Shown here: piece by piece, positions 9,570 through 19,156 of the stretch
How positions within the stretch are numbered: the stretch's first letter is position 1
Layout of the letters: each line of letters begins with the position of its first letter
Source: an uncultured Solirubrobacterales bacterium
GTDB lineage: Bacteria > Actinomycetota > Thermoleophilia > Solirubrobacterales > Solirubrobacteraceae
DNA length: 64,000 nucleotides
Direction of reading: 5' to 3'
Assembly: GCA_963836715.1 (NCBI GenBank)
Contig: CAWIKH010000001.1
Location: 81,705 to 145,704, forward strand
Notes under the pieces: generated by a model
Databases searched by the model: none
What the model was told of the DNA's origin: nothing
What the model saw: only the letters and a program-made list of their open reading frames with translations
Program-made: the position numbers and the translations under genes

Positions 9570-10489
9570 GCTGGCTCGAACAGCTGTCCCTCGAGCTGTG
9601 CGCCCGTGGAGTGCCCCGGCGCGAGCGCACCCGGATCGTGCTCGAGCTGGACGACCACATCGCGTGCGAGCCCGACTGCGAGGACAGGCTGGGCGATCCG
9701 CGGGCGCTGGCGATGAGCTTCGCCGACGAGCTCGCCACTTCGGAGGTCCGCGGCTCGGCGTTCATGACGTTCGCCGCGCTGGCGGTGGCGGCGGTGGTAC
9801 TGATCGTCTCGCAGATCACGCTGGCCCGCTTTGCCGGTTATCCGGGCTATTCGAACGGGATCTCGACGTTGCTGTTCTTCCCCGCCCTGCTCGGGATGGT
9901 GGTGGCGCCGCAGGTCGCGCTGGTGGCGGGAACGCTGGCGGCGTGGCGCGCGCTGCGCCGCCGGCGGGTGGCGAGCCTGCCGGCCGAGGAGATCGCGCTC
10001 ATCCACCGCCGCGCGCGCGTCGCCCTGGCGGCGGGCTTCGCGACCATGGCCGGCCTCGAGCTGTACGTGGTCGACTTTTCGCAGCGCCTGCCCGCGTGGT
10101 GGCTCGCGCTCGTGGGCAGCCTTGCCGCGGGCGCCGGCGTCGGCCTGTTCGCCGCCTCTCGAATCGTCGTGCGAGCACGGACGATCGTGTCGAGCACCGA
10201 AGGCCAGGCCGGCGACATCTACGATGATCTGCCCGTGCTCGGGTGGGGCTGGGTGCGTACGCGGCCGTGGTTCCTCGGTGCGCTCGCGTCGCTCGCGGTT
10301 GGGCTTGCGTTCGGGGCATTCGAGGCGCACGCCGAGCACTCCGTGTTCGAGGGCGTCCAGCGCGGGACGGTCGAGGGCCTTGTCGCCGCCGTCGGCTTCC
10401 TCGTCCTCGGCCGCGCGATCGGAGCCCGGCCGGCGCGAGTCCCTGTCGAATCGACGCCGCTCACCGAGCACACCGCTCCGCCGTCGTAG
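9566..10489 (+). CDS. PadR-associated membrane protein (HAAS/permease-prefix-like N-terminus)
   Basis: ATGA overlap with padR; ELDDHI…RLGDPRALA then several hydrophobic segments. Confidence 0.7.
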   Translation: MSWLEQLSLELCARGVPRRERTRIVLELDDHIACEPDCEDRLGDPRALAMSFADELATSEVRGSAFMTFAALAVAAVVLIVSQITLARFAGYPGYSNGISTLLFFPALLGMVVAPQVALVAGTLAAWRALRRRRVASLPAEEIALIHRRARVALAAGFATMAGLELYVVDFSQRLPAWWLALVGSLAAGAGVGLFAASRIVVRARTIVSSTEGQAGDIYDDLPVLGWGWVRTRPWFLGALASLAVGLAFGAFEAHAEHSVFEGVQRGTVEGLVAAVGFLVLGRAIGARPARVPVESTPLTEHTAPPS

Positions 10490-10522
10490 CGAGCCGGTCC
10501 CGGTCTGCGGGACAATCGGTCG

Positions 10523-11104
10523 GTGGTGGAACTCCCCGACCCGAACGACGTCGCCGCGTACGACGAGCTCGAGCAGCGCCGGATTGGCGGACCCATGCCG
10601 CTGATCCGGCCGATCGAGCTGCGCGACTACGACCCGAGCCGGCTCGAGCGGTATGCCGAGCAGGCCGCCCGCCTGCGTGAGGCGCTCGGCGAGCGCCTCA
10701 TCAGGGTCGAGCACGTCGGCTCGAGCTCGGTGCCCGGGCTGGCCGCGAAGCCGATCATCGACATCGCGCTCGAGGTGCCCGACACCACCGACGAGCCGGC
10801 GTACGTCGACGACCTCGAGGCCGCGGGCTACGTCCTGAACTTCCGCGAGCCGGAGTGGTTCGAACACCGTCTGTTCAAGCCCGCCGACGGCGGCGTCAAC
10901 CTCCATGTGTTCCCCGCCGGCTGCCCAGAGACCGACCGCATGGTCCGGTTCCGCGACCGACTGCGGACCGACGACGCCGATCGCGAGCTGTACCTCCGGA
11001 CCAAGCGCGAGCTGGCCGCCCGCGACTGGAAGTACATGCAGCAGTACGCGGACGCCAAGACCGGCGTGGTCGACGAGATCATGGCGCGAGCCATGGCGCG
11101 CTGA
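10523..11104 (+). CDS. GrpB family protein
   Basis: EHVGSSSVPGLAAKPIIDI, NLHVF, FRDRLR, YADAK. Confidence 0.9.
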   Translation: MVELPDPNDVAAYDELEQRRIGGPMPLIRPIELRDYDPSRLERYAEQAARLREALGERLIRVEHVGSSSVPGLAAKPIIDIALEVPDTTDEPAYVDDLEAAGYVLNFREPEWFEHRLFKPADGGVNLHVFPAGCPETDRMVRFRDRLRTDDADRELYLRTKRELAARDWKYMQQYADAKTGVVDEIMARAMAR

Positions 11105-11150
11105 GAGCGTTCGAACGTACCGTGAGGCACCTCGCAGGTTGTTCGGCGAG

Positions 11151-11882
11151 CTACGCCGCGCTGCCCTTGTGCTCGGCGTCGAACAGCTCCACGAGACGGC
11201 TGCGGACGTCCCACAGCTTCGGGATCTGGCGCTGGGCAATGAGCTTGCCGAGCACCTGGACCGGCGTTCCCTGCGTCCCGATCGCGTCCTCGCCCAGGGC
11301 GCGCGCGACGATCGCGTAGTGCCGGAAGCGCCACAGCCATATCCGCTCGTCCCACTCGGTCAGGAGCTCGGCCAGCTGGTAGAGCTGCTCGTGCTCGCGG
11401 CCGTGACGGTAGAGCTCCTCCAGACCGAGTCCCGCCTCCGAGAGCAGGCGGTCGAACGCCTTGACGGCCCGCTGGGTGACGACCGGCACCCGCCGAAACC
11501 CCGGCGAGTCGAAGCCGCTTCCGTGCCCGAGCACGACGCGGATCTGCGAGTACTCCCACGGGTCCATCTGGTTGAGCATCTCGATCTGGGTGGTCACGTA
11601 CCCGACGGCCAGAACGGCACGGCGGAGCAGCCTCAGCGCCGGGTCGATCTCCCCCCGCTCCAACAAGCCGGCGGCCTCGTCGACCTCGGTGGTGGCGAAC
11701 TTAAGCCACAGCTCGGAGGACTGATGGACGGTCTGGAACAGCAGCTCGTCGTGGTGGACGCGCTCCTCGGCGGTCTTCTGGAGCGACAGCAGTTCGTCGG
11801 TCCGCAGGTAGCGCTCGTAGTCGCTCGCGCCTTCGCCGGGCAGGACCGGGGCGCGGAGCTGATCACGGCTGGTGTCGTTCAC
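11151..11882 (-). CDS. Tryptophan 2,3-dioxygenase-family heme dioxygenase
   Basis: YERYLRTDELLSLQK, HDELLFQTVHQSSELWLK, GSGFDSPGF, WRFRH, GTQGT; GTG overlaps the upstream stop. Confidence 0.82.
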   Translation of the reverse strand: MNDTSRDQLRAPVLPGEGASDYERYLRTDELLSLQKTAEERVHHDELLFQTVHQSSELWLKFATTEVDEAAGLLERGEIDPALRLLRRAVLAVGYVTTQIEMLNQMDPWEYSQIRVVLGHGSGFDSPGFRRVPVVTQRAVKAFDRLLSEAGLGLEELYRHGREHEQLYQLAELLTEWDERIWLWRFRHYAIVARALGEDAIGTQGTPVQVLGKLIAQRQIPKLWDVRSRLVELFDAEHKGSAA

Positions 11883-12826
11883 GAGGAACCTCCTTCGAGG
11901 ATGCCGGCCAGCTTGGCCAGATCGATGTTCCCACCCGACACGATGCACACGACCTTTCCATTACCGGCGCGGCCCGCCAGCGCAGCCGCGGTGGCGAGCG
12001 CCCCGGCTCCCTCGGCGATCACGCGGGCGCGCTCGGCAAGCGTTCGCACAGCCGCCGCGGCATCCGCGATCGGAATCGAGAACGCGCCGTCGACGAGCGG
12101 CCGGACGCGGGGCCACATCGTGTCGAGCACGCGACGGCTGCCGGAGCCGTCGACGAACGACGGGCTGTACTCGACGTCCGTCGGCTCGCCTGCCGCCAGC
12201 GCCGCCGCCAGCGCTGCGCCCGTCTCCGGCTCGGCGGTATAGATCTTCGTCTCCGGATGGAGCGCACGGATCGCGCTGGCGATCCCGACCGTCAGTCCGC
12301 CGCCCCCGAACGGAATCACCACCGCATCCGGGTCGGGCAGGTCCTCGAGGATCTCGAGCCCGATCGTCCCGTTCCCCGCCATCACCGCCTCGTCCTGGAC
12401 CGGGTGCACGAACAGCCCGTCGACGCCGCCGACTCGGCTCGTCACGATCGCCTGCCACCACTCGTCGTATGGCACCTTCAGCACCCTTCCGCCGAGCCGC
12501 TCGATCGCGCCGAGCTTGGCCTGGGGCGCATGCTCGGGGACGGCGATCGTCACGGGCAGCCCCAGCTCGCGCCCGGCCCAGGCGACGCCCTGGGCCATGT
12601 TGCCGGCGCTGGCGGTGACGAGCCCCAGTCGTCGCTGCTCCTCCGACGCAGACCGAATTGCGTTCGTCGCCCCTCTGATCTTGAACGAGCCGATCGGCTG
12701 GAGCATCTCGAGCTTCAGGTAGATCTCGGCCGGCACGTCCTCGACGGGCAGCCGCACCAGCGGCGTCCGCACCGCGACGTCGGCGATCCGCGCGCGGGCA
12801 GCCTCGATCTCGGCCAGCTCGATCAC
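11879..12826 (-). CDS. PLP-dependent serine/threonine dehydratase-family enzyme
   Basis: LKLEMLQPIGSFKIRGA, ASAGNMAQG, PFGGGGL, SGGNID. Confidence 0.9.
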   Translation of the reverse strand: MIELAEIEAARARIADVAVRTPLVRLPVEDVPAEIYLKLEMLQPIGSFKIRGATNAIRSASEEQRRLGLVTASAGNMAQGVAWAGRELGLPVTIAVPEHAPQAKLGAIERLGGRVLKVPYDEWWQAIVTSRVGGVDGLFVHPVQDEAVMAGNGTIGLEILEDLPDPDAVVIPFGGGGLTVGIASAIRALHPETKIYTAEPETGAALAAALAAGEPTDVEYSPSFVDGSGSRRVLDTMWPRVRPLVDGAFSIPIADAAAAVRTLAERARVIAEGAGALATAAALAGRAGNGKVVCIVSGGNIDLAKLAGILEGGSS

Positions 12827-13794
12827 AGCTCGACCTCCGTCCCGATCCCCATCCGCCGGGCAGCGGCCACCGCGGAGTCGGCGGCGGCAAGGTCCTCGAC
12901 CGCGAGACCGAGCGACCTGAATACGGTCAGCTCATCGTCGCTGCGCCGGCCGGCCGCGGTGCCGGCGAGCACCTCGCCGAGCTCGGCGCGGACGTGGTCC
13001 TCGCCCTGGATCGCGCCCTCCTGCACCGCCCGCAGGTACTCGCCCGCCTCGTTACGCAGCGACTCGCGGCTGTCGCAAAACAACGCGCATTCCGCCACGG
13101 TCGGTGTGTCCAGCTCGCGCGCATTCGGGATGCTCGCGCCGACCGCGTTGACGTGCGTGCCGGGCGCGAGCCAGTCGCGCCGCACCACCGGCTCTCGAGA
13201 GCTCGTGGCCAGAACCACGACATCGGCGCCGCGGATCGCCTCCTCGACCGACGAGGCGACCGTCGCCCGGTCGCCGGCGGCCACTTCCGCATGCGAGCGG
13301 TTGGGCGCGAACACCCGAACCTCCTCGAACGAGCGCACGGGCAGCAGCGCATCCAGATGCGCCTTTCCCTGCACGCCCGCGCCCAGGATCGCGAGCACCT
13401 TGGCGTCCGCGCGCGAGAGCACGCGGGTCGCTACCGCGCTCACCGCCGCGGTTCGGATCGCGGTCATCGCGGACGCATCCAGGATCGCCCTCGGCACCCC
13501 GATCGCGCCGTCGAACAGGGTCACGGTCCCCTGGTGGGAGTCGAGCCCGCGCGCCGGATTCCCCGGCATTACGCACAGCGACTTGAGCGAGAACACCGGG
13601 TCCTCTCCGCCGCGCCAGGCAGGCATCAGCCCCATGAATCCGGCCGCGCCCTCGAACGGAACCATCGACCGGAGCGGCATCTGCGCCTCCCCGCGGGCGT
13701 GCGCGGCGAGCACTGCGGCCATCGCGTCGGCGCACTCCTGCGGCGGCAGCGCCGCGATCACGTCGGCGTGCCCCAGGATCAGGACCGAGCTCAA
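12823..13794 (-). CDS. Ornithine cyclodeaminase/mu-crystallin family imine reductase
   Basis: TAIRTAAVS, LGAGVQG, HVNAVGA, FRSLGLAVEDLAAA. Confidence 0.9.
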   Translation of the reverse strand: MSSVLILGHADVIAALPPQECADAMAAVLAAHARGEAQMPLRSMVPFEGAAGFMGLMPAWRGGEDPVFSLKSLCVMPGNPARGLDSHQGTVTLFDGAIGVPRAILDASAMTAIRTAAVSAVATRVLSRADAKVLAILGAGVQGKAHLDALLPVRSFEEVRVFAPNRSHAEVAAGDRATVASSVEEAIRGADVVVLATSSREPVVRRDWLAPGTHVNAVGASIPNARELDTPTVAECALFCDSRESLRNEAGEYLRAVQEGAIQGEDHVRAELGEVLAGTAAGRRSDDELTVFRSLGLAVEDLAAADSAVAAARRMGIGTEVEL

Positions 13795-14771
13795 CTGAAC
13801 ACCTTGTCGAGGGTGGCGCGCTCATCGCTGCTCAGCGGTTGTCCGATCGCCTCGCGGACCGGAGCGAGATGTTCGGGGCGGCCCGGCCCGACGACGATCT
13901 GGATGATCCGCTCGTCGGCGAGGAGCCAGGCAAGCGCTAGCCCGGCCATCGAGATCGCCCGCGCGCGTGCCAGCCGGTCGAACTGCTCGAGTTGATCGAA
14001 AGTGCGCCCGGAGACGAACGGCGCGTACGGCTCGGGGCGTTGAGTCATGCGCGACCCCGCCGGGAACGGCTCGCCGCGGCGGTACTTGCCGGTCAGCCAG
14101 CCACCGCCAAGCGGGCTGAACACCAGGTAGGACACCTGCTCGCGGTCGCACAGGGGCAGGACGGCGTCCTCGTCTGCTCGGGCCAGGAGCGAGTGCTCGT
14201 TCTGGATCGCCTGCGGCGCCCCGACCGCCTGCGGCGCGCCGACCGCCAGCGCCGCCTCCAGCTGGGCCGCGTCGAAGTTGCTGACCCCGTGAGCGCGGAT
14301 CTTGCCCGCGGACGCCAGCTCGTCGAACGCACCGAGCGTCTCCGATAACGGCACGTCCGGGTCGAACTCGTGCGCGAGATACAGGTCCACCCGGTCGACC
14401 GCGAGGCGCTCGAGGCTCGAGTCCAGCTGGCGAACGACCCGTTCGGGCGCGAGCCCGTGGTCGGCGCCCGCGTCCATCGGGTTGTATGTCTTGGTCGTCA
14501 GCAGCGGGCGTACGCCCCGACTCCGCATCCACGCCCCGATCATCGTCTCGCTGCGACCACCGCCGTACGCGTCGGCGGTGTCGAAGTGGTCGATCCCCTG
14601 CTCCCAGGCGGCGTCCATCAGCTCGAACGCCTGCTCTTGAGTGAGACCCTGCCCGAACAGCTCGGGCGCGGAGCCGACCCCGCCGAAGTTCCCGCAGCCG
14701 AGCGCGACGCGCGGGATCGCGATCTCGGAGCGCCCCAGGCGGCGGCGTTCGAACGGAAGTGTCGCGCTCAC
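13791..14771 (-). CDS. Aldo/keto reductase
   Basis: FDTADAYGGGRSE, VDLYLAH, GKIRAHGVSN, FSPLGGGWLTGKY. Confidence 0.92.
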   Translation of the reverse strand: MSATLPFERRRLGRSEIAIPRVALGCGNFGGVGSAPELFGQGLTQEQAFELMDAAWEQGIDHFDTADAYGGGRSETMIGAWMRSRGVRPLLTTKTYNPMDAGADHGLAPERVVRQLDSSLERLAVDRVDLYLAHEFDPDVPLSETLGAFDELASAGKIRAHGVSNFDAAQLEAALAVGAPQAVGAPQAIQNEHSLLARADEDAVLPLCDREQVSYLVFSPLGGGWLTGKYRRGEPFPAGSRMTQRPEPYAPFVSGRTFDQLEQFDRLARARAISMAGLALAWLLADERIIQIVVGPGRPEHLAPVREAIGQPLSSDERATLDKVFS

Positions 14772-14818
14772 CTCACTATTTGATCGAACCAGCCGCCGCG
14801 TGGCAAATTGATCCGAGC

Positions 14819-16221
14819 GTGCCTCGCCTCCGCCGGCATCGTCTCGTCCTCGTCGCCTCGTTCGTCACGACACTCGTCGCGCTTAGCGGATACGCCTGGT
14901 CAGAGCCAATTTCCGGCCCCCGGGACGTCGCCGTCGTCACGGTCTCGAGCGGACCGGGCGGGCCGGCGATCCAACCGGGCTTTTTGGGGCTTTCGCTCGA
15001 GAACACCGCGATCATCCCGTACGCCGGAAGCGACCCCAACGCGCTCGACCCGGTGTTCCTACAGCTGGTCCGCAACCTCACCCCGGGTCAGTCGCCGGTG
15101 CTCCGGATCGGCGGGGACAGCACCGACTGGGCGTGGTACCCGGTCCCCGGCATGAGCAAGCCAAATGGCGTGCGGGTCACGCTCACCCGGTGCTGGCTTG
15201 CCGTGATGCACGCGCTCGCCAGCAAATTGAACGCCCGGCTGATCCTGGGCATCGACCTCGAGGCCGACAGCCGCGCCGGGGCCGACGGCGAGGCGAGCGC
15301 GTTCGAGCGGGCGATCGGAAAGCCATGGATCGAGGCGCTCGAACTCGGCAACGAGCCCAACCTGTACGGCACCTTCACCTGGTACGTCCGGCCCGACGGC
15401 GTCCACGTGACGGGCCGCACGTCCGGATATGACTTCTCGTCGTTCCTCGACGACTTCAGCTCGTTTGCGAAGAGCCTGCCGGGGCCGCTCGCGGGACCCG
15501 CCACCGGGGCGCCCGCCTGGATGGCGGACACCGGTCAGTTCCTCGCCGCCGAGGCACGCGTCGGAGTCGTCACTCTGCACGCGTATCCGGTCCAGACGTG
15601 CTTCGTCCCGCCATCCTCGCCGACGTACCCCATGGTGGCGAACCTCCTCGCCCCCGCCGCGACCACCGGCCTCGCCGACGGCATCGCCCCGTACGTCCAG
15701 CTCGCCCACGCCCATCACCTCCCGCTGCGGATCGACGAGATCAACACTGACGCATGCGGCGCAGCGCCCGGCGTCAGCAATGCGTTCGTCTCGGCGCTGT
15801 GGGCGCTCGATGCCGAATCGTGCTCATCAACGAGAGCTTGGATCGCCGGACGATCGCGATGAGCTCGGCGGCCAGCGGTCCAGCAACGCTCGAGCAGCTG
15901 CGTGCGCCGCGGCTGACCAGCACCTCGGGGGTCACCCTCGGCGGGCAAAGCTTCGGAAGACTGAGAGCGTCGGCGGCGCCTGACGGCGGCGCCTTGTTGA
16001 GAGCGTCGGCGGCGCCTGACGGCGGCGCCTTGTCGACATCGTCGGCGGCGCCTGACGGCGGCGCCTTGTTCAGATCGTCGGCGGCGCCTGACGGCGGCGC
16101 CTTGCGGACGACCACCGGCCGGCTCGCCGGCCGCTCGAGCGTCGCCGCGCTCACCGCCAGCAAGGGCGGCTACGTGTTCACGCTGCCGGCGGGGAGCGCC
16201 GAGCTGGTCACGCTACCGTAA
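14819..16221 (+). pseudogene. GH79-like glycoside hydrolase with probable internal deletion and frameshift near 15813, plus an in-frame 4x repeat insertion
   Basis: GFLGLSLE, LRIGGDSTD, ELGNEPNLY, LRIDEIN, SNAFVSALWALDA then a jump to another frame RIVLINE…VTLGGQSFG…FTLPAGSAELVTL. Confidence 0.7.
15961..16104 (+). repeat. Four tandem 36-bp units: 7 variable nt plus invariant cgtcggcggcgcctgacggcggcgccttg
   Basis: Units at 15961, 15997, 16033, 16069; each encodes xxxSAAPDGGAL. Confidence 0.95.
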
Positions 16222-16226
16222 GCCCA

Positions 16227-16913
16227 GTGCCCGTCCTGGAAGCTCGCGGGATCACCAAGACAGTGGGGTCCGGCCGTGGAGCCCGCCGCGTCCTGGACGG
16301 CGTGAGCCTCGAGGTCGATGCCGCCGAGGTGGTCGCGGTGCTCGGCCGCTCGGGAAGCGGCAAGTCCACCCTCCTGCACCTCCTGGGCGGCCTCGACCGA
16401 CCCGACGCCGGCACGATCGCGCTCGCCGGCCAGGACATCACGAAACAGCGCCCGCGTGCGCTCGCCCGCACCCGGCTGCGCCACGTCGGGTTCGTGTTCC
16501 AATCGTTTCACCTGATCGAGGAGCTGAGCGGCGAGGAGAACGTGCTCCTGCCGGCGCGCCTCCCCGGAGCTCTTCGCGGTGGCGAGCAGCGGGCCCAGCG
16601 GCTGATCGGTGAGCTTGGCCTGAGCGAGATCGCCGGCCGCCGGCCGCACGAGCTCTCGGGCGGCGAGCAGCAGCGGCTCGCGATCGCCCGGGCGCTGGTC
16701 AACGACCCCGAACTCGTGCTGGCCGACGAACCGACCGGGAACCTCGATCAGGAGAACGGCGCGACCGTGCTCGCGCTGCTGCGCAACCTCACGCGGCGCG
16801 CGGTCGTGATCGTGACGCACGAGCCCGAGGCGGCGGCGATCGCCGACCGGGTCCTGCACCTGCGCGACGGGCGGCTCGCACCCGAGGAGGCGCCGATCAG
16901 GGAGTCCGCCTGA
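16227..16913 (+). CDS. ABC transporter ATP-binding protein (LolD/MacB-like)
   Basis: GRSGSGKST, LSGGEQQR, LADEPTGNLD, VTHE. Confidence 0.95.
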   Translation: MPVLEARGITKTVGSGRGARRVLDGVSLEVDAAEVVAVLGRSGSGKSTLLHLLGGLDRPDAGTIALAGQDITKQRPRALARTRLRHVGFVFQSFHLIEELSGEENVLLPARLPGALRGGEQRAQRLIGELGLSEIAGRRPHELSGGEQQRLAIARALVNDPELVLADEPTGNLDQENGATVLALLRNLTRRAVVIVTHEPEAAAIADRVLHLRDGRLAPEEAPIRESA

Positions 16914-19156
16914 CGGCCGCGTTCCGAGAGGCCCGGCACGGCGTGCGCGTCCGGCGCCGCCGCTCGCTCCTGACCGGGCTCGGGGTCGCGCTCGCCGCGG
17001 CGATGCTGGTGGCGGCGCTCGTCGTCTCGGACAGCCTTGGCTTCGGCTTTGACCGCGCCGCGCGCGCGGCCGGCCTGCCCGACATCATCGTCCGCTTCGA
17101 CCCGCAATCGGCCGGCCGGGTCGCGCAGCGGATCGCCGCGCTCCCCGACGTCGCGGCCTACACCGTGCGCACGGAGGTCACCGGCGTGGGCCTCGAGACG
17201 GCCGACGAATTCGCCGGCAACGGCGCGGTCGAGGTCGTCGGCCAGGGTCGGCGGGGCTATGCGATCGTCGCGGGCGGTGATGTCGCCGGCCCGGGTGAGG
17301 TCGTCGTCGAGCGCGGGCTGGCCGCCGCGTGGCACCTCGACCTCGGCGGCAGCCTCGACATCGACGGGCTCGGCCCGGAGCGGATCGTCGGCTTTTCCGA
17401 GAGCCCCGACAACGTCTCCTATCCGCTCGCGGTACCGCGGGTGTACGTGTCGCAGCGCGGCATCGGGCCGCTGGCCGCCAACCTGGCGGAGATCTGGCTG
17501 CGCGATCCGCGCAACCTGAACGAGGTCCTCGTCCAGGCGCGCGCGACCAGCTACGGCCTCCGCGGCCTACGGTTCGTCACGCGCTCGGGGGTGCGGGTGC
17601 TGCTCGACCAGGCGGCCGGGATCGTCATCGATCTGCTCGTGGCGCTGTCGCTGATCGCGCTCGCCACCGCGAGCGTGATGCTGGCCGCGTCCGCCAGGGC
17701 CGAGGTCCAGCGCCGGATCGGCGCGATCGGCGTCCGGCGCGCGGTCGGCGCCTCGCGCGCCCACCTGGCCGGCACCCAGGCGTTCGAGGCGCTATTCGTC
17801 GCGGCCCCGGCGGCGACGATCGGCGCGATCGGCGGCGCGATCGCCACCTACGGCCCCACGAGCCGGCTGCTGGTGCTGCTCAACGAGCCCGCTCCAGGGG
17901 TGGCGCTGCTGCCGGCGCTCGCGGCTGCGTGGCTGGTGGCGATCGCGATCCCCGTGCTGGCGGCGGCGTGGCCGGCGTGGCGGGCGGCGGGGCGGCCGCC
18001 GGTGGAGTTGCTCCGTGGCGCCGAGCTGCAGCGCGGCGCTCGGCGGTCGACGCGGCTCTCGGCGCCCCGGGCCGGGTTGACCGTGCTCGGCGCGCGCCTC
18101 GTCGGCGCGCGCCGGACCCGCCTGATCGCCACCGTCGCCGCGCTCGGCTTCTCGACGGCGTTCGTGCTCTTGATGCTCGCGCTCGCCTCGGCGCTCAACT
18201 CGCTCGAGACCGACCCGCAGGCGCTCGGCAAGCGTTATCAGATGACCGCGGACCTGGCCGCCTCGGCGGTCGCCCGCGTGCGCTCGATCCCCGGCGTCCA
18301 GGCCGTCGCCGCGCGGTACGAGCAGGAGGCCGTCGACTCGTACTCGCTCGGGGAGACGATCGACGTGATCGCGTATCGGGGCAATCACACGGTGTTCGAG
18401 GCGCCGCCGCTCGTGTCGGGCAAACGGCTGCGCGGCCAGGGTCAGGCCGAGGTCGGGCTCGGGCTGGCGCAGGCGCTCGGGCTGTCGCCGGGATCGACGC
18501 TCGCGATCGAGCTGGCGTCCGGAGCCGAGCTGCGGCTGCGGGTCGCCGGCGTCGACAGCTCGCTCGATCACGACGGCCGCGTCGCATACGTGCCGGCGGC
18601 CGCGCTCCTTGCGGCCGATCCCTCGGCCGCGTCCGACGAACAGCTCGCAGTCGTGCTCGCACCGGGCGCGAACGCCGCCGCGGTGAGCGCCGCGCTCGGC
18701 TCGACGGCCGCGCCCGCCACCGGCGCGGTCGGCCGCGGCGCGCCGCTGGTCGCGGTGCTGCGCTCGATCCTGCGCGCGATCGCGATCGTCGACGGCCTCG
18801 TCTGCCTGTACGCGCTGATCCAGGCCTGTGCGCTCACGGTTCAGGAGCGGCGGCGCACGGTGTCGGTGCTGCGCGCGTTCGGGGCGGGCGGCGCGGCCGT
18901 TCGCCGCCTGCTCGCCGGCGCGGTGATCGCGCTGGTGGTGCCCGCGGCCGTGCTCGGGATCCTGCTCGAGCGGCTCGTCCTCGGGCCGGCGCTGTCGCGG
19001 CTGGCCGCGAGCTACGTCACGTTGTCGCTCGGCGCGAGCGGGCTCGAGATCGTCGCCGTGCTCGCGGGATTGGCGCTGGCCGGCGCGATCGCGGTGGCGT
19101 GGGTGGCGCGGCAGACCACGCGCCAGAACGTGATCGCGGGGATGGAGGGGCCGTGA
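16910..19156 (+). CDS. FtsX/MacB-type ABC permease with two permease halves (start CTG 16910 or GTG 16943)
   Basis: RRIGAIGVRRAVGAS and ERRRTVSVLRAFGA motifs; multiple TM segments. Confidence 0.85.
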   Translation: MTAAFREARHGVRVRRRRSLLTGLGVALAAAMLVAALVVSDSLGFGFDRAARAAGLPDIIVRFDPQSAGRVAQRIAALPDVAAYTVRTEVTGVGLETADEFAGNGAVEVVGQGRRGYAIVAGGDVAGPGEVVVERGLAAAWHLDLGGSLDIDGLGPERIVGFSESPDNVSYPLAVPRVYVSQRGIGPLAANLAEIWLRDPRNLNEVLVQARATSYGLRGLRFVTRSGVRVLLDQAAGIVIDLLVALSLIALATASVMLAASARAEVQRRIGAIGVRRAVGASRAHLAGTQAFEALFVAAPAATIGAIGGAIATYGPTSRLLVLLNEPAPGVALLPALAAAWLVAIAIPVLAAAWPAWRAAGRPPVELLRGAELQRGARRSTRLSAPRAGLTVLGARLVGARRTRLIATVAALGFSTAFVLLMLALASALNSLETDPQALGKRYQMTADLAASAVARVRSIPGVQAVAARYEQEAVDSYSLGETIDVIAYRGNHTVFEAPPLVSGKRLRGQGQAEVGLGLAQALGLSPGSTLAIELASGAELRLRVAGVDSSLDHDGRVAYVPAAALLAADPSAASDEQLAVVLAPGANAAAVSAALGSTAAPATGAVGRGAPLVAVLRSILRAIAIVDGLVCLYALIQACALTVQERRRTVSVLRAFGAGGAAVRRLLAGAVIALVVPAAVLGILLERLVLGPALSRLAASYVTLSLGASGLEIVAVLAGLALAGAIAVAWVARQTTRQNVIAGMEGP

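Noticed and set aside
15961-16104. CRISPR-like array (29-bp repeats)
   Set aside because: Intervening sequences are only 7 nt and similar to each other, the array lies in a coding frame, and no cas genes are present.
17329-19152. N-terminal 600 aa of the 1098-aa ORF
   Set aside because: Arg/Gly-rich shadow frame over the permease; the real gene starts at GTG 19153 with a Tat signal.
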